From NCBI RefSeq assembly GCF_001194135.2, contig NC_069001.1:9163055-9215939 (forward strand): 52,885 nt of DNA, given 5' to 3'. Within the stretch, counting starts at the first letter, position 1. The number at the start of each line of letters is the position of its first letter. The notes under the pieces were generated by a model. It saw nothing but the letters and a program-made list of their open reading frames with translations. It was not told where the DNA came from and made no database searches. This document shows, in pieces, positions 11,401 through 23,160 of this stretch. The translations under genes were made by a program, and so were the position numbers. The stretch is from Octopus bimaculoides. Its lineage: Eukaryota.

Positions 11401-14400
11401 GACGAAAAACGCCTATTATGGGCGCTGGAACTTCCTTTTCACAAGAATTCAGTCTGCTGGAACTATGAGTGTTTGAGGGCGGCGTCTGTTGACCGCATAC
11501 CAGTCAAATATCGTGACCACATTATGCAGAATATCAGCGCTTTTTCATACAGTGACGTTGCAATTAGCCAGCAGGCTTACTAAAAATTAACCATTAGAAC
11601 AGTGGCAGTATTGGTACGAAAAGGCAATCTTTATATCCAACTTAATGTGGGTATCTTGTTAGAACACCGAATGCTGAGTTACCAGTCTTGAGAAATTCTC
11701 TCATACAGGCGCTTGGTGCATAAAAGCACACACATTAATCGTAGCAGACGAAAATTGCTTGTTATGGGCGACGGAATACCATATCACGTGATTTCAGCCT
11801 GCTAGACTGCGTCAGTGGGAGGGGTCCGGTGAGTGCATATCGGTCAAATCTCATCGCCATGAAATATAGAATAACGGTATCTTTTCAGACACAAAACCGG
11901 ACGCTTCCCACCGATGAGATCCAGTAGACTGAAATCAGATGATATAGGAATTCCATCGCCCATAACAAACGATTTTCGTGTGCTACGATTTACGTGCGTT
12001 CTTTTATGCTCCAAGCGCCAATATGAGAGGATCTCCCAAGGCTAATAACAGTATTCGGTATTCTATTATTAAAATTACAAAGAAAAATAACAACCAGAAC
12101 AACCAACCGGAACGTCATAGATTCTAATTCTGTTTCACCTTTTCTACAATCATCTTGTTCGCAGCACACTTAACTTTAAACAGATATGTTACGATAAGAA
12201 GGGGGATTAAAGTTATGTGTGCTTTCTACTGGAGTTGTTGTCAACATCGTATTTTTTTATAACTTATTTATGGAAACAAAAATATATGCTCGCAAGCCGT
12301 TGAAGAAATACTCATAATAGTATTTATTAGAGCCAATGAGATAGGAGCCTCGACATCGTCGCATATGCTATAAGGAATAGCGGCAGAACATCCCTATATT
12401 CACATTCTGCCGAGTTATAAATGGATGGACATATACATTGATCAATGGCAAAAGAATAGTTAATCATGGATGGAACATTAGGGCTTAAAAGTAATTTCTG
12501 GTGGATGGATACAATTAGTTGTAGCTGTTCTTATACAAACTGGGTGGAGGCGCAATGGCCCAGTGGTTAGGGCAGCGGACTCGTGATCGTAGGATCGCAG
12601 TTTCGAATCCCAGACCGGGCGTTGTGAGTGTTTATTGAGCGAAAACACCTAAAGCTCCACAAGGCTCCGGCAGGGGATGGTGCGAACCCTGCTGTACTCT
12701 TCCACCACAACTTTCTCTCACTCTTACTTCCTGTTTCTGTTGTTCCTGTAATTCAAAGGGTCAGCCTTGTCACACTGTGTCACGCTGATTAAGCCTGAGA
12801 ACTACATTAAGGGTACACGTGTCTGTGGAGTGCTCAGCCACTTGCCCGTTAATTTCACGAGCAGGCTGTTCCGTTGATAGGATCAACTGGAATCTTCGAC
12901 GTCGTAAGCGACGGAGTGCCAACAACAACATATACAAACTGAAACAATTTCAAATATTTAAGTGATACAGATTAGTTTATCAGACTGCTTATTAGTTTAA
13001 TTAGTATGAGATGTAAATTAAGATGTAGAACGTTCACTCAAAAGTAAAGGATCATCAATGATTAGAATATATTATGTTAATTACGAATGTTCTCTTTTCA
13101 CTGAATTTCTCCGTTCAAAATTTAGAATGTAGACATGATTTTTTTTTTTTTTTCTGTTTGACTAAACACGGCCCCAAACACGGAGCTGGAGCGGTTGTAT
13201 GAAATAACTTTCGACAGACATCAGTTTAACTCGAAGAGGATGACAGTAATAGCATTTCGACATTGCAATAGCGAGTTTTTAGCGTACAGCTACACCGAAA
13301 TCGACGTAAATATTTCTATTTTATGCTTCTATTCATTAACATTACCTGAATGTAATTAAGCATTTGAGTTGAATGAATGAAGTGTAGTTATGTTACGCGG
13401 CGTTAAGTGATCGAAATATTACTCAATAAGTGGGTTGAGAAACTATTGTACAGGGTGTCCACAAAGTCTGGGTACATGGAGTAAAAAAAATGATAACATA
13501 AACAATTAAATACAAGAAATAATAATTTCTTAAAGTATGCGTTAATCTCCATGTGGGTACATGGAGTAAATAAAATCATGACATAAACAATTAAATATAA
13601 GAAATAATAATTTCTTAAAGTATGTGTTAATCTCCATGTACCCAGACTTTGTTGTCACCCTGTATATCGCAGTATTAACAACTGAAATTAGATAGAACAT
13701 TGCGAGACTGGTAATGTGGGCGGGTATCTCACAAATGAGATATAAATTACAAGTTATGCTACTGTAATGAACGAAAAGTCCAATGAGAGGAATTATTACA
13801 AATAAGACTTAATTCCAGAGAATATATGTAAAGAATGTTGTAGATATATAATCAGGGCCAATTTAACTATTTCTCTGTAGATTGTAAAAACAAAGACGAT
13901 GAGCAGCTGTAAACGATATTAGAACCTTAGAGGGTGATAATCAGAGGTACCTACATCAAGTTGACCAGGTCCTAAGTAATTAACAGCCAATCTGTTTATA
14001 TACTCAACAAATCTAATAGCTACAGACAATTGGAGCTATTAATTTGCATACCGTGTTTAACACATTTTTCGATCTGAGATTCTGGTCAACGAGGATCATG
14101 GTTTGAGATGCTATAAGCCTAAATCAGAGCAGGACGACGGCCACGAAGTTTGTTGGCCGTCAGTCAACGTCGTACCATGTCTTCGCTGATGGGTCGCTGT
14201 CCAGTGCCAATGGTCTCGTGTGCTGTCATGCTGGACAGTCTGAAGCGATCACGGAGGTGTTGCACTTGAACGAAGTGGTCCTGCCTGGGCGTGGTCACCT
14301 GGAGGCGTCCTCTGCGGGCACGATCTGCAGTGCCGTTGGTTTTGTAGTATCGCTGGTGCAGGCGATAGATGCTGTTGACATGGATATTGTAAGCTTTTGC

Positions 14401-15578
14401 AACAACCAGGGCACGCTGACCTGCTTGCAATCGGCCGATAGCTTGTTCTCTCTGCGCTTCTGACAATCGGGTCATTCCTGATGCGTCCAAATAGCGAATG
14501 CCAGGAGCACAGTTCAAGTTGATTTTTATGACCATAACCTCCACGTGATGCACATGCATTTCGGTTTTCATGACAATTGTTTGCGACCTACAGCATTCAA
14601 CGCAGCTGCGCTTTGGCCTCCCGTTTCCGGGAAAATTGAAAGTTTACCTGCAATTTGGGTCTTAGCCATAAACCACCATATTTGGAATATTTACGCTTAC
14701 AAGTGAATTTTCAGAATTTACCAAATAAAAATAAAATTTGAAAAAAATCGCGTTTCTTTTACGGTTCAGTATATTCTCTAAATGTCGAGTTATATCAAAA
14801 TTATTTTCAAAAATGAAAAACTCCCCAGACCGCCTTTTCTTTTACCTAATGTGAGAATAGACCAAGAAATTTTGTTCTGAAACAAACAGACCCTACAAAA
14901 TTTACGTGCTTAAAATTATATCTGAGGTATTGTAAATCTTAAAATTTTTAAGACCTGATGCCTAACTAGAATCTGAAAATTCACTTTAGGTAGAATGTGG
15001 GGGGAAAAGAATTATAGTAGTCTAATTGAGAGAAATTAACCAAACCTTTAAGATGGATTTTTATGATGTGTAGAAGCTTTAAACGACATGAAGGAGAACA
15101 AAAATCAAACATTAACAGCAAATTGTACCTACTGTTCGCTCAAATCTTCAACTTCTTCTTCAAGCGATTCATTTTGGGACTTTACTGCTGCCAGTTCCTT
15201 ATCCTTGTCTGCTAGGAGTGCTTTCAATTCATCCAGTTGCTCTTGGTATGAGGTCTTGACTGAATCAATATTAAATTCAACCCTAGATTTATTTAAGAGT
15301 TCCTTAAGATGTTTGTTCTCAGCCTCCAACATACGTTTTGTTTCAAGGTGGTTGGCAAGCTTTGAATTCAAACCTTGCATTGCCTTCCTTTCTTTCTCTC
15401 TGCTATTTTTCATATCAGCAACATGTTTTTGAGAACTTGCTGCTGCGACTCCTTTGGCCAAGACTATTGGAGCTCTCTGAGTATAAACTGGCATAGAAAC
15501 TCCATGTGGAACACGAATACTGTTCCTCCTAACTTTTCGTCTTGGTGCTGTTGTTGTTGTTGATTTTACTTGAGACAT
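940..15578 (-). CDS. Cytoplasmic intermediate filament protein, paralog A (exons 1-7 in window; tail exons 8-11 presumably beyond the left edge)
   Basis: Spliced model: 15578-15133, 10976-10790, 9094-8999, 8321-8157, 5624-5484, 3994-3774, 1022-940. All introns are GT-AG and the frame is open. Coil 1A reads [22 protein letters not shown]; the rod ends [21 protein letters not shown]. Confidence 0.93.
1995..2175 (+). mobile_element. Penelope-type terminal repeat fragment with a decayed hammerhead-like core
   Basis: Near-copy of 35740-35905 (...GAGCGTAGGCTCGAAACGTTAAAGACTTT...CTCCC), followed by (TA)n. Confidence 0.5.
3033..3332 (+). mobile_element. tRNA-derived SINE
   Basis: A box GGCCTAGTGGTTAG and B box GGTTCGAATC; its 3' part recurs at 21320-21415 and 26105-26200. 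Confidence 0.75.
3774..3994 (-). CDS. IF paralog A exon 6 (end of coil 2, helix termination motif)
   Basis: tttatag|ATA...AAC AG|gtaaaa; 221 bp; ...[15 protein letters not shown]. Confidence 0.95.
4319..4663 (+). mobile_element. Long (about 385 bp) tRNA-derived SINE, 3'-truncated next to the gap
   Basis: High identity to the copies at 5935, 12544, 42679, 46977 and 51488. Confidence 0.85.
4684..5358. other. Assembly gap (N run) in intron 5 of A
   Basis: N bases. Confidence 1.
5366..5452. repeat. (GATA)n microsatellite
   Basis: Direct reading; abuts the assembly gap. Many other (TA)n, (CA)n, (GA)n and (TACA)n tracts occur window-wide. Confidence 0.95.
5484..5624 (-). CDS. IF paralog A exon 5 (Gly/Ser-rich)
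   Basis: ccaacag|TTA CAG AAA...TCT ACG|gtaagg; 141 bp, phase 0/0; [47 protein letters not shown]. Confidence 0.82.
5935..6316 (+). mobile_element. Long tRNA-derived SINE, full length
   Basis: 13-bp TSD ACACCTGAAGACA (5922-5934 / 6317-6329); (CAA)n tail. Confidence 0.9.
6650..7326 (-). mobile_element. Decayed mariner-family DNA transposon
   Basis: Terminal TA|CGAGGTCTGATCAATAAGTATCAGGACT at 7297-7326; the frame encodes ...[21 protein letters not shown] (mariner WVP-type linker). Confidence 0.8.
8157..8321 (-). CDS. IF paralog A exon 4
   Basis: ttgcag|GAG ATC...GAT GAG|gtaaag; 165 bp; [38 protein letters not shown]... Confidence 0.92.
8401..8472. repeat. 24-bp tandem repeat x3
   Basis: ATAGCTTTTAAACAGAGAAATGGC repeated in intron 3 of A. 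Confidence 0.85.
8703..8813. promoter_or_regulatory. GATA-motif cluster in intron 3 of A (candidate enhancer)
   Basis: AGATAA at 8703, 8722 and 8807; homologous clusters in B and C. Confidence 0.35.
8999..9094 (-). CDS. IF paralog A exon 3
   Basis: ttttctag|AAC TTA...AAT GCC|gtaatg; 96 bp; [32 protein letters not shown]. Confidence 0.92.
10790..10976 (-). CDS. IF paralog A exon 2 (includes coil-1b 42-aa extension)
   Basis: ctgtcag|C CTG CGC...AGA ACC|gtacgt; 187 bp = 61+126. Confidence 0.92.
11216..11361. mobile_element. 146-bp solo LTR
   Basis: TGTT...AACA termini, CTCTC/CTCTT target duplication, internal TATAAATAG; removing it restores the host repeat. Confidence 0.7.
11655..12065. mobile_element. 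MITE-like element with about 145-bp imperfect inverted arms
   Basis: 11660-11805 is the reverse complement of 11925-12065; a partial direct copy lies at 11170-11540. Confidence 0.7.
12544..12930 (+). mobile_element. Long tRNA-derived SINE, full length
   Basis: TSD TATACAAACTG on both sides. Confidence 0.9.
13451..13662. mobile_element. Tc1/mariner-type MITE
   Basis: TA TSD; TIR CAGGGTGTCCACAAAGTCTGGGTACATGG; internal tandem duplication. Confidence 0.85.
14100..14772 (-). mobile_element. Truncated Tc1 transposon (5' end and HTH domain)
   Basis: [22 protein letters not shown]...[15 protein letters not shown] is a Tc1 N-terminus; TIR-like TACTGAACCGTAAAAGAAACGC near 14770. Confidence 0.8.
15133..15578 (-). 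CDS. IF paralog A exon 1 coding part (head, coil 1A, start of 1B)
   Basis: aaaaATG start; GAA CA|gtaggt phase-2 donor; matches ORF 15129-15578. Confidence 0.93.
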
Positions 15579-15746
15579 TTTTGTTGTTATTCAAATATTT
15601 GATGTTCAAGAAAAATATTCAAATCGAATAAGAAATTGTTTACTATCTGGGGAACGAACGGGACGACGGAGAAAATCTTTTGCAGAGCGAGTTACAGCTT
15701 GCTTTCCGACACAGCTAAGTGACCAAGTTTGAGACCTTGTAGTGCC

Positions 15747-15755
15747 TTATATATA
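15747..15755 (-). promoter_or_regulatory. Candidate TATA box, paralog A
   Basis: TATATATAA on minus, about 170 bp upstream of the ATG; equivalent position in B and C. Confidence 0.55.
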
Positions 15756-17929
15756 TGCCAGAGAAGAAATGTAGTGAGAATGCACGAAGAATGTAAGAAA
15801 GAGGGAGAAATGCAGAGAAAAATAAAGAGAGAAATTAAAGAGTAGAAATGTCAGAATATAGTAGTAGTGGGGTATGCACCATAACAAAAAAAGCAATTTT
15901 TCTCATTGTTTTAGCTTTCATTCGTTCTCCTTAAAAATCCGTTACGCTTATTTGAGTATATACGGTTCGCAAAACGAAATGAAAAGAAAATTAATGAAAG
16001 AAATGTAACGAAAGTAGTACATCTTCACGTTTCAGTTAGCACTGAGCATAATCTTAAAACACTCTTGGTCAGCCACACAGCTACCTTCACATAATGATGG
16101 ATATGCTTGCCGTCATATAAAACATATTTCGTGCTTAGTTTCTCTTGCAAAACAATCAAGAGTTACTTTCTAAAAAATAATAATTTTTCTTGTTGTTACT
16201 CAATTTCTCCTATGAAATATTTTGTCAAAGGCGATTGACAATCGTTAGAACGCCAACAGAATATCTAGTTATATTTAATTAGGTCGCTATATTCTGAGTT
16301 CAAATCCCACCGATATTTCCTTTGACTTTCATCCTTTTGGGATTGATGAAATACATTACAAATGGGTGGTAGACATGATGTCACTCAGTGTAACGTCACA
16401 AATTGGTCATTCAGTGTAGCGTGTTGAAGTGTACTATGTATCAATTATTCGGGTAAAGAATCAAATCAGATGAAAAATTGTTCTAATAAGTTTGAAAAGC
16501 CCTAGAAAATGAGCTGAGCGTAGGCATTCTTCCACTGATTAAGTTATATAAATAGAAAGGAAAATAAAGAGAAAAATGTGTCAACTAATTAATGGCTATT
16601 GAATTTATTCCCTTCCGCAAAAAATCATCAGTGCTTTCGTCATAATAGCTGGCATTATTACCTTTACGCTGAAGGCGGTAAGTTGTCAGAATCGTTAGCA
16701 CTCCGGGTAAAATGCTTAGCGGTATTTCTTACGGTTTTGCATTCCGAGTTCAAACGCCCCTAGGTCGTCTTTGCCTTTCATATAGTCAGTGTCCATAAAA
16801 TAAAGTACCAGTTGAATACTGAGATCTCCCTTTCCCACAATTCCAATCTTTGTGCCATCCGTACGAATAATTATGACTTTTGCTATAAGGTAGTGAGCTG
16901 GAAGAATCCTTAGCGACCTGGAAGAATCCTTTCCGAAATGTCTAGTGGCATTTTATCGTCGGGACCGACTTTTCTTTCGGGGTTGATAAAAATTAAAACC
17001 AATTCAGCCCTGGGGGTCAATGTAATCGATTAGCCATCTCCCTTCAAGATTTCAATCTTTGTACCTACAGTAGAAAGAATTAACGATTTTGCTATAAGCA
17101 GTGGATAAATAGAAAAATGATTCGCCAGACACGAGAAAATGATTCACAGCATTTGGATAAGTTCAGTGAGAATGTCAGCGTCAGCGAACATTTAATTTCT
17201 CATAGCTCAATAAATAGATTACCGTTTGTATATGAGGTTTAATTTGATTGCCTTGATAGGTCCCCACAATCAAGGCCACTAGAAGTTAAAGTAGTTCTTA
17301 TAAATTAGATCAGCTTTAATCATGCTATCATGTTGGTCTCCCACAAAATATTCACGTCATTTACACTCACGCACGAAAGCACACATATTTCAATTAAACT
17401 TTGTATGTGTATGTGTGTGTGTGTAAGCATGTATTCATTCGTTTCTCTAATACACCTTCACATTTAATCATCGAGTTACTGATATGCTCTCGTAGACCGC
17501 CTGATCAGATCAAAAACATAGGTAGTAGCGAGAAGTGATAGTGATGGAAAACAAACGAAATTCTAGGTTAGTTCAAATATGCTTGACACATATTTCAAAT
17601 TCTGAAGGCAAGTTCACAGCAGTTGAACTTGGATTAAAAATTCTCGTTTATAGCTTTGAGCTGTTAACAGTGTCTATACCTTTTACTACAGGCGAGTATT
17701 TTTACCACAGTAACCAAAAGCCTGCAAGTGTGCGTGCGCGCGCGCGTGTGTGTAGAACAGGATATTAATTTTCATCTCTATCCATTACTATAAATGCACT
17801 GGGCTTTGAATATCAGACCTCATGGAACGTCTTGTAATGCCGGAGTCCTCCAAGAACTTATTCACATGATCCAAATACTATCGATTAGTGAATTGCTGAA
17901 AATTCGTACAAAATAGCAGGGACATTATA

Positions 17930-18142
17930 CAGGGTGTCCACAGACACATGGGTACAGGGGGATTAAAACATACTTTAAGAAATTATTATTTCCCACATTT
18001 AATTGTTTATGTTATGATTTTATTTACTCCATGTACCCACATGGGGATTAACACATACTTTAAGAAATTATTATTTCTTATATTTAATTGTTTATGTTAT
18101 GATTTTATTTACTCCATGTACCCAGACTTTGTGGACACCCTG
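17930..18142. mobile_element. Second copy of the Tc1/mariner-type MITE, opposite orientation
   Basis: TA-CAGGGTGTCCAC...GTGGACACCCTG-TA; absent from the homologous site near 36885. Confidence 0.85.
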
Positions 18143-18714
18143 TATTACGTGGATCAAAACATGTCTACACTCACTCGTACTTACAGAATATACTCACAGA
18201 CACACACACACACACAGTAACCAATTCACACAGTTTTGCAAGATGTCTTGACTCAAACGAAAGAGTTTTACTTCTTTATTAAAGATATATTAAACTTTTG
18301 TAGGCAGGAATAAATACATTCCAAAGATGTGTGTGTATGTATGTGGCGGGGAGTGTTTGTGAATGTGTGTGTGTGTGCATTAGTGTTTAAATTCAAAAAC
18401 AACCTTCCACCCCCATTTATAAACAATACGTCAACACAAGAATAATTTGTAACATGCTTGCTCTAGTTGCTGTGAAGTGGGTTCGAACCTCTTGACTGTT
18501 TCTTTATTGTATCGACACTTGCAGGACGAAAGTCAACGTTTAACTTAGTAAAGTTTAAACTGGAACATAAGATGATATTATAAATTAAATACAATCAAAC
18601 TCTAATCGATTCTGTCGATTTTGCATTATTTTGTTCTTATAAAGAATTAAAACGAGAAAAACACTATTTAATGGTGATTTAAAAATCATACGACAATATA
18701 TATATTAATAACGT

Positions 18715-18720
18715 TTTATT
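18715..18720 (-). terminator. Candidate polyadenylation signal, paralog B
   Basis: AATAAA on minus, about 580 bp past the stop; conserved at the homologous site in C. Confidence 0.4.
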
Positions 18721-19298
18721 GCCATTTTTTCCTTTTTTTTCATACATTTCACGAAAGGATTCTCGAAATTGAATAACAAAGTACAAGGTTGTTAATAAAA
18801 TAAGAAATAATGATCCGGGAAAAAATTTGATATTTTCATACGATAGCGTTGCTTATTTCCTCGACTTTTTTTTTTTGTATTACATAAATTCTGCGTTTTT
18901 ATACTGTGAAATACTATTAAGTACAAAACATTTAGAAGCAAAACACACCGTACAATGATGTTATATTATCTAGGTAAAATGTAGTATAGCAATCTTTTTT
19001 GAAATCTCGTCTACAAAAGGTATCAAGTGGAAGCGTTTATTAATATTTGTTAATTGTTTAACAATGTTGTAAAATTATTAAACGAATTTACTCTAATTTC
19101 CTATAATTATCTTAAATGTTAGCGAATCATGAAAAGATATTAAAACGAAAAGCTTACTTTAGAATTAGTATTTTAACTGAAATTATTACCGAAATTATTA
19201 CTATAAAGTGAAAAAAAAAAAAAGAGACTTTCTGAAAATTGGTGCTAACTGCAACGAAAACGGATTTTCTCTGCTTAGACATTATGTTTTTCATGCGT

Positions 19299-19325
19299 TT
19301 ATTTAATAACAAGGACATCGATTTC
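19299..19325 (-). CDS. IF paralog B exon 11 coding part
   Basis: cacttttcag|GAA ATC GAT GTC CTT GTT ATT AAA TAA; homologous acceptor at 38078 in C. Confidence 0.75.
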   Translation of the reverse strand, partial: EIDVLVIK

Positions 19326-19798
19326 CTGAAAAGTGGAAAAAATTGAGAAACCAATGAATAAAGTGGGAAATTCATGAGTTATTAGAGAGTTAAGCAGTGT
19401 ACCCCGGAGATTCATTCTAGCCTGTGTCTCGAAAATATACACAGGAGTTTCGGTATTGACTCGTAATTAGAATAATTTTGTATCTGCTCTTTGTGTTAGC
19501 AAGCTAAACTTAATTACTTCATAAGCTATTTTAACTACACTTTATTTCTTTCACATGAGAATCAGAATACGTTCTGTTTAACGGATTTACAATGTTTCAT
19601 ATGAAACTTGTATGTTTTTTGTGTGCTAAAAGAAAAGTATAGGGAGTGGCTGTGTGGTAAGTAGCTTGCTTACCAACCACATGGTTCCGGGTTCAGTCCC
19701 ACTGCGTGGCACCTTGTGCAAGTGTCTTCTACTATAGCTTCGATCCGACCAAAGCCTTGTGAGTGGATTTGGTAGACAGAAACTGAAAGAAGCCCCTC

Positions 19799-19841
<43 letters not shown>

Positions 19842-21924
19842 TATATAGTTGTGTGTCTGTGTTTGTCCCCCCAACATCACTTGACAACCGATGCTGATGT
19901 TTTTACGTCCCCGTTACCTAGCAGTTCGACAAGAGAGATCGATAGAATAAGTGCTAGGCTTACAAAGAATAAGATCAACTCTCGAAGTGCATGAACTTAG
20001 AAAGAGTAATGTACTGAGGAGATATAGAGAGAAAAGTCTGAGAGAATATGTGTGTGTTAAAGCACTAAATTAAGAAATCTTACCATGTTTTCGGTGTCTT
20101 TTAAAGAAATTGTCGATGTTGATGTATCCCATTCGGTGACATCAGAAGATGTGATTCCATCTTGCCCGGCACCGTGTTTTGATCCCCAAATCTAAAGATG
20201 TATACAAAAACTTTAATTATAGTAACAGCATCACCAACAAAAGTAATATTTCTTCTAACTTAGACATAAGGTAAGAACTATGAAACAGAGTTTTAGTTGA
20301 CTACATGGACTCCAGTTCTTCACCGGTAATTTTATTTTATAAAATCGAAGTGGTAGACGGAAAAGTTGACTACTGCAGGATTTCAAAATGCGAATAAAAA
20401 GCCGGAAATAAATGTCAAAGCGTATTTTTCGGATACGCTAACGATTCTGCCAAGGCAAAAAGTCTGAAAGATTGATCAACCTCAGACGGCTGAAAGGTAA
20501 ATTAGAACTTAGCAGAATTTGAACTAAGACGAGGTGGAATGAATAACACTAGGCATTATGTCCCACTACTCTAACAATTTTGACTATACGCAGGATGATT
20601 AGCAACTGTTTTTTGTCCGTGTTTACTGTAGTGGTCAGAGAGGTAGCATCCATTTTGAATTAACTGTTAATGATTTTAATATAACTAATATAGACACAAA
20701 TTAAACATAAGCTTAGTAACACAAGTGGAAAGCAAATGAATTCTTTCTTCCTTCTCTTATTCCCCCTACACTTCATTTTCATCATGGATCAACGTAATGA
20801 AAGAAAAAATATTATTGTTAACATATCAGAAACAATAGAACTAATATTACTCAACATTGTTATAGGGCATGCTGGCTCCCAGCAATCGATACACATGGTA
20901 TTCCATTCTCGTCACTAGGTCGCCTTCTCTATTATCGTCGTAATAATAAACATAAAATAACACATACTTACTTTGACAATTTTGTTAGAAGCAAACACGT
21001 TACCATTGGTAAATTTATGGGTGTGGCTCTTGCCATTGTCAAGGGTTTGAGTCAATATCCAGTTCTTTATGCTTGTTGCACCCTACGATTCGAAAGAGCA
21101 TATACATAAGACAGTAGAAAAGGAATATTGATAATAATGAATTAAGCGGGTAGGCAATGTATCATTGAATATTACAGAAGGAAAATAGATTTCCATGTTT
21201 GCGTGTGTGTACGTGTATGTTTGCGAGTACGCGTGTATATGTATGTGTGTTGTGTATGTGTGTGTGAGAGAGAGAAAGAGAAGGGTGAAGATTTGCTGCG
21301 GTTTCAATAAAGCAGTGGCACTGAGCTGCGACGGACCGGCGTCCCATCCACTTGGGGAACCTATACGCTAATGAAACCGGGAAACCAGGCATGGCTCGAG
21401 AAGGAACAAACAACGACAGTGGGACTGAGCAATGACGTTGTTGTTACGTACACAAAGTGGCCAAAGGTACTTACCTTTCATGACCGTTAAACTATTGGCT
21501 GTGAAGGTGTATGTATGAGAAAATGGTATAAAAGGACAGAATTGTATCTATCATCAGGAACACTAAGAAACGACCGAAAGATATGCACGCTTACTTTTGG
21601 GAACTTAGCATGGTCTTCAAGTTTAATGTATTTTCCATCGGTTGCTACTTCAACGACTTTCACAGAGCCACTTGTACGACGATCCATAGTCTCTTTATCT
21701 GAAGAAAATTTCCAGAGGTATGAATATTATAAACTGTAGATATATGAACAAGTGTGTGTGCGTGCGTGCGCGTGCATGCGTGCGTGCGTGTGTGTGCGTG
21801 CGTGCGTGGGGGGTATCTGCTTGCGTGTGTGTGTGTATACAAAGATAAACACATGTATGTATATATTTCTATATAGATTTACAGGTATATGTATATATAT
21901 ATATATATATATACACGCGCGCGT

Positions 21925-22012
<88 letters not shown>

Positions 22013-22777
22013 GCACGCACACACACACACAGGTTATCCAAGGGAAAGGCAAAGGCTAATACAGCTTGGTACCAGTGACATCGCAACTCATTCCTATAGC
22101 TGACTGAACTGGAGCAACATAAATTAAAGTCTTACTCATGAACCTAACACACAGCCCGGTCCAGCATTCGAACTCACTACCTCATGATAACTGGCACTCC
22201 GTCACTTACCATGACGTGGGTTCCAGTTGATTCGATCAACGGAACAGCTTGCTCGTGAGATTAAGGTGCAAGTGGCTGAGCACTCCACAGACACGCGTAC
22301 CACTTCATATACGTCTCAGGGAGATACAGCGAGACATAGAGTGTGACAATGTTGGCCCCTTGAAATACAAGTACTACTCATTTTTGGCAGCTGAGTGAAC
22401 TCGAGCAACGTGAAATAAAGCGTCTTGCTTAAGAACACAACGCACCACCGGGAATCGAACACGTGGACCCTACGATCGCGAGCCGAATACCCTAACCACT
22501 ACGCCACGCGCCTTCACACTACCTCATGGTACTTCGACAAGAAAACCCCTAGCGACGTGCCAGACCCAGGATTTCACGGTATACACAAACACAATGAAGC
22601 AATCTCAGAATTGTGAGAGCTCTCTTATGCTAACTGTTACCCTCTGAGAATAAATCCCTGGGGTCGGCCTTGACTTCCTATCTATTGGCGTCAATAAATG
22701 AGGAACTAGTCTACTAATAGAATAGATTGTACACCCTCTCTCTCTCTCACTTCTCTCTTGAATTCTATCATTCGTCT

Positions 22778-22819
<42 letters not shown>

Positions 22820-23107
22820 GTCTCTGTTTCGCTCATTCTGTTTTTTTAGCTGTTTGTCTATCTGTATTTGTTGTAGATTACTGTCTGCGGTCGGATCTGA
22901 ATGAGTTCGTTGTGTACCTGTACATTGTGTTACGATATCATTCTTGCCACTTTACCAATGATTTAATAGCCCAAGGTACATAACAAGCACATACAAGCAC
23001 ACCACACATTTATATATAGAGAGAGAGAGGGAGAGGGGGAGGTGAGAGAGGGGGAGAGAGGGGGAGAGAGAGAAATACGTAGATATATATATATGTGTGT
23101 GTGTGTG

Positions 23108-23160
<53 letters not shown>

